NCBI GenBank assembly: GCA_963800585.1
Contig: CAWDBP010000006.1
Span: 219,400 to 283,399, forward strand
Direction: 5' to 3'
DNA: 64,000 nucleotides
Origin: an uncultured Bacteroidales bacterium
GTDB lineage: Bacteria; Bacteroidota; Bacteroidia; Bacteroidales; FEN-979
Notes under the pieces: generated by a model
What the model saw: only the letters and a program-made list of their open reading frames with translations
Told to the model about the DNA's origin: nothing
Database searches by the model: none
Part shown: piece after piece, positions 57,536-64,000 of the stretch
How the letters are laid out: every line of letters begins with the position of its first letter
Numbering within the stretch: the first letter of the stretch is position 1
Program-made: the position numbers and the translations under genes

Positions 57536-57970
57536 ATGAATGAGATTATTCAAACCGATTGGATCGGTAATATGTCATTTGATTCTGAAATTGATGGTTA
57601 TCAGATTCATTTTGATGCTGAGGAACAGTTTGGAGGCACCCATCATGGTCCCCGGCCTAAACCCGTTGTACTTTCAGCGCTTGCAGCCTGTACAGGGATG
57701 GATGTTGTCTCCATCCTTGGGAAAAAACAAGTAAAATTTACAGCATTCAGGATCACTGTCAATGGTGAAGCCTCTGAAGAATATCCAAAATATTATCAAA
57801 AAATTCATTTGGTATACTATGTTAGTGGACCTGGTTTTAAAGACAATGAGGACATCAGTATCAAAGTAAACCGGGCAATCAGGCTTTCAAGAGACCGCTA
57901 TTGTGCAGTTTCTGCAATGCTTAAAAATTCATGTGAGATTTCGGACGAGATCATTCTATTGGATTCATAA
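57536..57970 (+). CDS. OsmC family protein
   Basis: 144 aa. PRPKPVVLSALAACTGMDV and RYCAVSAML Cys motifs. Confidence 0.85.
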   Translation: MNEIIQTDWIGNMSFDSEIDGYQIHFDAEEQFGGTHHGPRPKPVVLSALAACTGMDVVSILGKKQVKFTAFRITVNGEASEEYPKYYQKIHLVYYVSGPGFKDNEDISIKVNRAIRLSRDRYCAVSAMLKNSCEISDEIILLDS

Positions 57971-58606
57971 ACAGGTTTTATGTAAAATCTCTTTAAACTC
58001 ATTTAGAATCATTGCCGTTGCTCCCCAGATGATAGTTCCATTGATGACAAAAGATGGAGCGGAAATTTGAATTCCACGTACCTTTATTTTTTTCTCCATT
58101 ACATTTTTTTCATCCAATAAAAGATTCATCGGAATTTCGATGATCTGTTTCACTTCCTCTTGTTGGGGATGAAATTCAGGATAATCAATGGTAAATCCTA
58201 CAAATGGCTGAACCAGGTAGTTGCTTGGAGGTATGTACAATTCAGTCAACTGTCCGATAATGGTTATCCTGGCAGGATCTATCCCTATCTCTTCATGGGT
58301 TTCGCGCAAAGCAGTCTGCTTAAGGGTTTCATCCGACAATTCAAATTGTCCTCCAGGAAGGCTAATTTGTCCGCTATGAATACCATCATATATTGGACGA
58401 AGCGTAACCACGAAGTTGGGTTGGGAATTTTTTTTCCCTGGATAAAGAAGAATTAACACACTGCTCTTTATTGCCTGATCCAATTGGCGGAATTCCATCA
58501 TTTCCCTCAGTCTCCTGTTGGATGTCATAAAGAGTTGAGCCTGTTTCCCGGGTAAAGGCCGTCCAAGTTCATCTGTCAGTCTGTCTATGAATTCAGGAAA
58601 CACCAT
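57965..58606 (-). CDS. NUDIX hydrolase, CoA pyrophosphatase-like
   Basis: 213 aa. Nudix box LPGGQFE...ALRETHEEIGI. Confidence 0.8.
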   Translation of the reverse strand: MVFPEFIDRLTDELGRPLPGKQAQLFMTSNRRLREMMEFRQLDQAIKSSVLILLYPGKKNSQPNFVVTLRPIYDGIHSGQISLPGGQFELSDETLKQTALRETHEEIGIDPARITIIGQLTELYIPPSNYLVQPFVGFTIDYPEFHPQQEEVKQIIEIPMNLLLDEKNVMEKKIKVRGIQISAPSFVINGTIIWGATAMILNEFKEILHKTCL

Positions 58607-58694
58607 CCGGTTGAAATTTCTATCAGTATTTTTACAAAATTACGATTTGAGAACGATAAAAAATCAGTATCATTGTCAAAATTTCCAGAGGATT

Positions 58695-58976
58695 ATGGTC
58701 AGACATAAAATGAAACCGGCTGATAAAAGTGAGGAGTTGTTAAATGTTAACAACGATCTGATTCTTTATAATGATGAAATCAATACCTTCGATTTTGTTA
58801 TTGAATCACTGGTTGAAGTTTGTGGACATGAATTTGAGCAAGCTGAACAATGTGCACTTATTGCTCATTTAAAAGGCAGGTGTATAGTTAAATCAGGAAG
58901 CTATGAGGAACTGAAAGATATGGCAGATGAACTAATAATGCGCAGATTGACAGTTGAAATTGAATCTGAAAACTAA
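58695..58976 (+). CDS. clpS: ATP-dependent Clp protease adaptor ClpS
   Basis: The track ORF starts at 58587. ATG 58695 gives a 93-aa product with LILYNDEINTFDFVIESLVEVCGHEFEQAEQCALIAHLKG, the ClpS core. Confidence 0.88.
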   Translation: MVRHKMKPADKSEELLNVNNDLILYNDEINTFDFVIESLVEVCGHEFEQAEQCALIAHLKGRCIVKSGSYEELKDMADELIMRRLTVEIESEN

Positions 58977-59099
58977 ACTTATTAACAATTTGTTAATAAC
59001 TCAGGTTGATAAGTTGTTTACAATACGAAGTCATAAAAGTTGCATTCTCTTCTAATGGTATTGTATATTTGATCCATCAAGTAAGTGATAAAAGGCCCG

Positions 59100-59400
59100 T
59101 TCTTTGATTAGGAAAAGTGAAAGCAGGAACCCGTAAGGGGGACAGCACTCGCAGATCCGAACTAGAGGAAACTTATTCCGCAAGAGTAAGATGAATCCAG
59201 ATTACGTTTCAGAACCGGGAATCAGGAAGGAAGAAGCCGCAAGATTTCAGATTGAATGATTCCGGGAAGAAAAGTTGGGGGAGACCCTGACCAAGTATAC
59301 CAGCCATAATAACAGTAGCTTGACGCATTACGGGAACCACGGTTTCCAAAATGTTGAATGGGAATCTTTTCGAATAGAAAAGATTCCCATTTTGTTTTTA
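59100..59400 (+). ncRNA. Candidate structured, purine/GGA-rich non-coding RNA or long clpS 3' UTR (unclassified)
   Basis: No credible ORF. Hairpins: CCC-GTAA-GGG (59130-59139), a 7-bp stem with CGCAA loop (59172-59090 region, stem 59172-59190), a perfect 10-bp stem CCGGGAATCA/TGATTCCGGG (59215-59266) enclosing a second CCGCAAGA hairpin, and a 6-bp stem at 59332-59347. It ends in a 12-bp stem plus T-rich tail. Confidence 0.25.
59360..59400 (+). terminator. Rho-independent terminator candidate
   Basis: GGGAATCTTTTC GAATA GAAAAGATTCCC (perfect 12-bp stem) followed by ATTTTGTTTTTA. Confidence 0.6.
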
Positions 59401-59417
59401 TATTATCAAAAGTTATT

Positions 59418-59448
59418 CAAAAAAAAACCTCCCCAAGGAGGCTTTTTT
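59418..59448. terminator. Bidirectional rho-independent terminator
   Basis: A9 CCTCC CCAA GGAGG C T6: a stem flanked by an A-run and a T-run. It can terminate the plus-strand transcript and the minus-strand lipoprotein gene ending at 59507. Confidence 0.65.
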
Positions 59449-59506
59449 ACTTATTTAAATTAATATACTAGTAAAGTTTCACGTCTTATTTTTGGTTCCT
59501 GAAACA

Positions 59507-59965
59507 TCAGTTACCAGTATGCCGACTTTGATCATAACCTGTTTTCTGAAGGCTGGAAGTGGCCAGGGTTGTAATTGTCAAATTTACTGAAGCGGAATCT
59601 CTATTGGAGTCATAAATTTTGAAGACCCAAATTTCTGAACCCACTGAGCCTAATGAAATAGAATGAAGTACGTAGTTAAAACTTGTCACATTGATCGTAG
59701 TGTCCTTTGCTGTCTTGGCTTTTCCATTAGACGTACGTTGAACAAGAAGGCGGGTCAAATTACCAGTACCTGAAGTAGCTGAAATGCCAAATAACAACGC
59801 AGACGACATTTGAACACTGGTATCTTTAGAAATGTAACCTGATCCAGTTAAAAGATGGATTGAGGGACCATTGATAGTGGTAGTTGTGCTTGATTTTTTG
59901 CATGAAATTATAAATGTTGCTCCAACAAATAATATTGCAAGAAATATATACCTCAATTTTTTCAT
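59507..59965 (-). CDS. Hypothetical lipoprotein
   Basis: ATG at 59965 gives MKKLRYIFLAILFVGATFIISCKK (lipobox), followed by a Ser/Thr-rich beta-type sequence. I recognise no family. Confidence 0.5.
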   Translation of the reverse strand: MKKLRYIFLAILFVGATFIISCKKSSTTTTINGPSIHLLTGSGYISKDTSVQMSSALLFGISATSGTGNLTRLLVQRTSNGKAKTAKDTTINVTSFNYVLHSISLGSVGSEIWVFKIYDSNRDSASVNLTITTLATSSLQKTGYDQSRHTGN

Positions 59966-60059
59966 ATTTATGGTTGTTAAATAAATACTCACGTTCATAA
60001 AGAATAATGCTTATTGCAAATTTACAACAAAAATGGTTAATTCAATAAATATTCCCCTA

Positions 60060-60821
60060 CTAAAGAACAAAAGGAATAAGAGCTTTCCGGTTGACCGGAT
60101 AATCCGGGAAAGTCTGTTGGTACCATTTATGATGATGCAAAGCTCTTGGCATTAAATTAACAATTGTCCAGATAGCGAATGCAAGTCCGGGTAGACTCCA
60201 GGTCATTAGAGCAAATCCACTCCATTCAATGATCTCACTAAAATGGTTTGGACAGGATATATAACGAAAAAAACCTCCATATGGGATTTTATAATTCGTC
60301 TCACCGGGCTTACGTAAATGGATTAAAATATTATCGGCCTGCCAATTGATAACTAAACCGGCACAAAACATCAGGAACCCCACAATAAAACGGGGATCAT
60401 ATAACCAGGATAAGGCATAATATTCTGACAGGGATCCCAGGTAGTACCCGTTGATGTATCCATTCATAAGATTAAAGCAGAATGCCATAAGTACGATTGC
60501 GACAGGCATTTTTTTTCCTTTGGTATGTAACCGGAATGGAAAGATCAGCGTTCTGTTAAGATAGTGAATCATCCAGAGAGTGAAAAAAATCCAGGGAAGC
60601 AGGTTGTGATGGTTTGTTCCAAAAAGGAAAAAAACTGCAAAAAAGAGCAATGCAGGAGATTCCATCAGTATCCATCCGGCTTTATTATTTATCAGGGGGC
60701 CCCACGATGTGTTAGTATGCCTGCCATAAGGTGCAATGATCTTCAATACCAGTGGAAAAATCAAAATTGCTATTGCAATCCACACATAAACAAGTAAATA
60801 AAAGTTTGTAGGGCTCATCAT
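60060..60821 (-). CDS. 3-oxo-5-alpha-steroid 4-dehydrogenase (SRD5A/polyprenol-reductase-like) family membrane protein
   Basis: 253 aa, multi-TM. The C-terminus CPNHFSEIIEWSGFALMTWS...NLMPRALHHHKWYQQTFPDYPVNRKALIPFVL matches the steroid 5-alpha-reductase C-terminal domain pattern. Confidence 0.8.
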   Translation of the reverse strand: MMSPTNFYLLVYVWIAIAILIFPLVLKIIAPYGRHTNTSWGPLINNKAGWILMESPALLFFAVFFLFGTNHHNLLPWIFFTLWMIHYLNRTLIFPFRLHTKGKKMPVAIVLMAFCFNLMNGYINGYYLGSLSEYYALSWLYDPRFIVGFLMFCAGLVINWQADNILIHLRKPGETNYKIPYGGFFRYISCPNHFSEIIEWSGFALMTWSLPGLAFAIWTIVNLMPRALHHHKWYQQTFPDYPVNRKALIPFVL

Positions 60822-60832
60822 TCAATAAAAAT

Positions 60833-61813
60833 TTAGTTAAGATATCCATTCATCGCAAACCATTTCATTACATCTTTAACCGTCTCATCCATGCTCCTTG
60901 GATGAAAATCAAGTTCCCGTTCAGCTTTCTCATGGCTGATTTGTTTGCTGCCTTTAATAATGATGGTAAGCGACTCACGCGTGTATAATGGTATTCTTCC
61001 ACTGAACCTGCTGTATAATGTGATAAAAGGAAGGCCAATCCAGGCAAGCCAGAATGGCATTACGGTACGTACTATTTTTCTTCCGGTATATTTTTCAATG
61101 AGCCTGGCAACTTCTGGTAAACTAAGCCAGTTTCCGCTAAGAAGGTATTTCTGGCCTTTCTTTCCCTTTTCGATTGCCTGAACTGTTGCGGAAACAATAT
61201 CCCGTACATCTACCCAATTGTATCCCCCTGGAACAAGGGCAGGTATCTGATGGTTATATAGCTGGAGGAATGCTTTTCCCATAAGTGATGGCTCATAATC
61301 CATTGGGCCAACTATCGCAGTAGGGCTTAGAACAAATGCATCAAGCCCATTTTTTGCAGCATTCATTACAATCCGTTCAGCATCTGCTTTTGACCGGTCA
61401 TAAGAAAATGCCTCATTTTCAACTAATGGTCTTGATTCATCAAGTTCCTGATCATGCGGTTCCTGACGAAAAGCATGGATCGAACTAAAATATATAAACC
61501 GTCTGATACTGAACTCTTGAGCGAGCTGGATCATAAGCCGGGTTCCTTCAGTATTTATTGCGCGAACTGATCCATCGGAATCACCTGTGATAGAGATCTT
61601 TGCTGCCAGGTGAAACACGACTTCTGCTCCATCAATTAATGGGATAAGTGATTCTTTGTTGAGGAGGTCACCTTTAATAAGTTTCACATCCAGTTTTTCC
61701 AATCCATTGCTGTTTTTATGGATGAGTGCGCGCACCTCATGACCTTTGTCGATCAGTGCTTTACACAAATTTACACCCACGTGTCCGTTTGCCCCTGTAA
61801 TTGCAATTATCAT
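60833..61813 (-). CDS. NAD-dependent epimerase/dehydratase, HpnA/dihydroflavonol-reductase-like
   Basis: 326 aa. Has ITGANGHVG, YDRSK (YxxxK) and C-terminal S.EKAERELDF.PR...VKDVMKWF..NGYL, resembling the HpnA-type subfamily as I recall it. Confidence 0.82.
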   Translation of the reverse strand: MIIAITGANGHVGVNLCKALIDKGHEVRALIHKNSNGLEKLDVKLIKGDLLNKESLIPLIDGAEVVFHLAAKISITGDSDGSVRAINTEGTRLMIQLAQEFSIRRFIYFSSIHAFRQEPHDQELDESRPLVENEAFSYDRSKADAERIVMNAAKNGLDAFVLSPTAIVGPMDYEPSLMGKAFLQLYNHQIPALVPGGYNWVDVRDIVSATVQAIEKGKKGQKYLLSGNWLSLPEVARLIEKYTGRKIVRTVMPFWLAWIGLPFITLYSRFSGRIPLYTRESLTIIIKGSKQISHEKAERELDFHPRSMDETVKDVMKWFAMNGYLN

Positions 61814-61890
61814 ATAAGTTTTTTATTGAGAGTGGCGCAAAGGTAAAAACAATTGAGAAACAGGGAAAAGAAAATGAGTAAACAAGTAAA

Positions 61891-63057
61891 TTAGGCAGAA
61901 AGCTGCTCATTGAATGGCTTTGCGTTCAAGAGATTTTGAACTGGCCTGAATTCTATTCGGATAGTCTTCCACCGGTCGGGGTATTCATGGAAAAGAAAAA
62001 GGATCTTTTGTTTATGTTTTTTTAATGCATCTGTGATTGCAGGAGGGGTGACAGGAGTAGGGAATTCGTTCCCAATGTTGGCTCCAGTGAGCAGTTGATT
62101 CTTTGATTTCACATGAATGGCGGCATTTTCCAACTTTTCTAACAATAAAAATGTCTTATTATATTTAACAGGAATATCCTGAATAGGTGCAATAATTGAT
62201 TCTTTTTGAGGTGATTCTTTCTTCACATCTATAACGAGATGAAAGTCGTCAATCAAAACATTATTTGCATTTCCTTCAAGGTTCATTGTTTCAGCATAAT
62301 GTGCAGCCTGACCAATTACCGGTTTCAAATTATCGATATCTCCGGAATATTCACTGATCTTCTTAACCGCACTTTCAGTAAACCTGTATCTTATTCCTGT
62401 GATAAGGTTTAAATCTTCGAGATAACTATTACTCAATCGGATTAACCCTTCCTTATATTTCTCCCTGGTGACTTCCAATTCATTTCTTAGTAAGTTCCTT
62501 TCCCTGATCATTGCACGAGTGTTCTCATTCAAAGTCGCAAAAAGGTCCTTATCCCTATTGTAATTTTTAATGAAAGCCATAATCGAATTTCTCAGGATAT
62601 GACCTATAATAGTTTTATTTTCGGTTGAAAGAATCTTGTTCGGATTGATTGTGCCAAAATTACTCAGGTCTTTATTGAAATAAATAAAGAACAGGTCGTT
62701 CTTTGAATCAGAAAGATTAAATATTCGAATTAATAATACATTGTTATTCAGTTCGTTAAATATTTCTAGTTGAACTCTCTCTTCAGGTCTAACCTCAAAA
62801 GGCAGATCTTCTTTTCTTAGCCAGGAATAGGATGAATTCTCAGATCTTAAATGGTCAAAAACAGAAGTTGAATCTGATACCTGGAACGACGAATATTCAT
62901 TGTCCTCACCTTTTTTCTTGATTATTTCTGAGGTAATTCTGTTAATATCAGGGGAGTAGTAAACAGTGATAATTTTCTCAATGCCGGGCAGAATGGACGG
63001 TAATAATTGCAAGATGAAAGGAACCGGTTTTTCAATAAAAGAAAACACTCTTTTCAT
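61891..63057 (-). CDS. Hypothetical protein, unrecognised family
   Basis: 388-aa ORF, no signal peptide. Has a central coiled-coil-like segment (RERNLLRNELEVTREKYKEG). I recognise no motif. Confidence 0.5.
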   Translation of the reverse strand: MKRVFSFIEKPVPFILQLLPSILPGIEKIITVYYSPDINRITSEIIKKKGEDNEYSSFQVSDSTSVFDHLRSENSSYSWLRKEDLPFEVRPEERVQLEIFNELNNNVLLIRIFNLSDSKNDLFFIYFNKDLSNFGTINPNKILSTENKTIIGHILRNSIMAFIKNYNRDKDLFATLNENTRAMIRERNLLRNELEVTREKYKEGLIRLSNSYLEDLNLITGIRYRFTESAVKKISEYSGDIDNLKPVIGQAAHYAETMNLEGNANNVLIDDFHLVIDVKKESPQKESIIAPIQDIPVKYNKTFLLLEKLENAAIHVKSKNQLLTGANIGNEFPTPVTPPAITDALKKHKQKILFLFHEYPDRWKTIRIEFRPVQNLLNAKPFNEQLSA

Positions 63058-63163
63058 GTTTCCAGGAATAAACCGTGACTAATGTATAAATTCACGAATA
63101 AACAAGAATAACAGACAATACGAGATTATGATACCTATATGATAATTAATCCGGTACAAATAT

Positions 63164-63224
63164 AAGCTTAATTATCCACTTAAGCAAATTTAGGCTTAAT
63201 TATTTTCTAAATATAATTAAGCTT
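63164..63224. promoter_or_regulatory. Operator-like 12-nt repeats in a divergent AT-rich promoter region
   Basis: AAGCTTAATTAT (63164-63175) and its perfect reverse complement ATAATTAAGCTT (63213-63224). A third direct copy, AGGCTTAATTAT (63192-63203), lies between them. Confidence 0.3.
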
Positions 63225-63379
63225 TCTTTTAGGTGACCTTTTCAGATAATTATTAAGAAGAATAAAATGTTTAAATACCTTGTTATTAGAATAATATTAC
63301 AATATTTTTGTCTCAAAACAATAATTACTTTTAAGAATTATAAATAAGACGTGTCGTTAAAAACTTAATACAATTAAGT

Positions 63380-63568
63380 ATGTCACAATTTGATTATTAT
63401 TCCATTATGCAAAAACGGATCGAATATCTAGCTAAAAAATATGATCCCTATGGCCGGTTTTCTGAAAACAAGGAGCAAATTCCTGAGAAGATCATAGAGC
63501 AAAAACCAAAAAAATATTCCAATAGGATTTCAGCCGGATTTGCCCAAATTATTTCAGTGCTATTTTGA
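63380..63568 (+). CDS. Small hypothetical protein
   Basis: 62-aa ORF in an AT-rich region. Its coding status is uncertain. Confidence 0.3.
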   Translation: MSQFDYYSIMQKRIEYLAKKYDPYGRFSENKEQIPEKIIEQKPKKYSNRISAGFAQIISVLF

Positions 63569-63606
63569 ATGTTTTTATAATATATTTGTAAAAAAAAACG
63601 CAGATT

Positions 63607-64000
63607 ATGAAAACATTCAAGAAAATCTTACTGGTCATCGCTATTATCATTGTGATATTGATAATAGTAGCATATTTCCTTCCTAAGACATACCATGTAG
63701 AAAGAAGCACACAAGTTAAAGGGGATAAAAACCTCATTTACGATCTCACAAGTAATCTTAATAAGTGGGATTTGTGGACTCCTTGGAAACAGGTAGATTC
63801 AGCCGCTCATTATGAACTCATTGGTACAGATGGAAAGGTTGGTACTACAAGAAAATGGGATGGCAAAGTAATTGGAAATGGACAAGTGACTTTGACGCAA
63901 CTTGTTCCAGGTGAGCTTGTTGGTTACGATCTATCATTTCAGCATGGGAAATACCAGTCCAAAGGCAAATTAACCATAGAAGCAAATGGAGATTCAGCAA
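63607..64000 (+). CDS. SRPBCC-fold (polyketide cyclase/dehydrase-like) protein, N-terminal part (runs off the right edge)
   Basis: ATG 63607 gives MKTFKKILLVIAIIIVILIIVAYFLPKTYHVERS..., open to the window end. This is the N-terminal TM plus START-like beginning common in Bacteroidota SRPBCC proteins. Confidence 0.55.
   Translation, partial: MKTFKKILLVIAIIIVILIIVAYFLPKTYHVERSTQVKGDKNLIYDLTSNLNKWDLWTPWKQVDSAAHYELIGTDGKVGTTRKWDGKVIGNGQVTLTQLVPGELVGYDLSFQHGKYQSKGKLTIEANGDSA

Noticed and set aside
44768-58976. aat and clpS might form a linked N-degron system.
   Set aside because: The two genes are about 13 kb apart on opposite strands, with unrelated genes between them. Both are ordinary housekeeping genes.
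59160-59270. SRP RNA (TCAGGAAGGAAGAAGCCGCAAG versus the 4.5S TCCGGAAGGAAGCAGCCAAGG) or RNase P RNA (AGAGGAAAC and CAGAACCGGGAAT versus GAGGAAAGUCC and ACAGAACCCGGCUUA).
   Set aside because: The similarities are short. The 5' strand needed to pair with the SRP domain IV motif is absent. The two RNase P-like strings are only about 45 nt apart instead of about 300, and the conserved GGUAAGGGUGAAAGGGUG core is missing.

Overview
This looks like a chromosomal segment from a Bacteroidota genome. Supporting signs are the rpmG-DUF4295-ftsY-rimO synteny, GH92/GH2/GH63-like glycosidases, TonB-dependent receptors, SpII-type lipoprotein signals and a TAnnTTTG promoter box. About 52 protein genes are readable, and I saw no rRNA, tRNA, CRISPR array, IS element or prophage.

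Gene content, left to right:
- Mannoside/galactose block: GH92 (partial at the window edge), EEP phosphoesterase, GH2 beta-mannosidase, galK, ppk2, galM.
- A 1164-aa secreted multi-domain protein.
- A five-gene envelope O-acetylation-type operon: MltD-like LysM protein, two SGNH proteins, an MBOAT and a membrane phosphoesterase.
- Transporters (APC, SSS), then ogt.
- A second glycosidase block: DUF2961, two GH63-like genes, a GDE-like gene and a HAD hydrolase.
- Housekeeping genes: aat, xerD, rpmG, ftsY, rimO, clpS.
- A TonB receptor/DUF5074 pair and a steroid-5-alpha-reductase-like/HpnA-like pair.

I found no recognisable defence, toxin or mobile system, so the region is largely ordinary. What the gene list does not explain:
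1. Nearly every longer intergenic spacer is assembled from a small recurring set of 7-8 nt tandem word arrays and GC hairpin/G-run modules. One roughly 120-nt mosaic element occurs 8 times, always in the same orientation.
2. Three genes are interrupted. The GT-C/TPR gene is broken at a G10 tract. The MBOAT gene and a GH63-like paralog are broken by what look like small insertions.
3. The MltD-like protein appears to have lost all three catalytic motifs.
4. A roughly 350-nt purine/GGA-rich, hairpin-rich, non-coding stretch lies downstream of clpS and ends in terminators.
5. A bacterial TMEM97/EXPERA homolog is present.

All calls come from reading the sequence and recalling family motifs. No database search was run.
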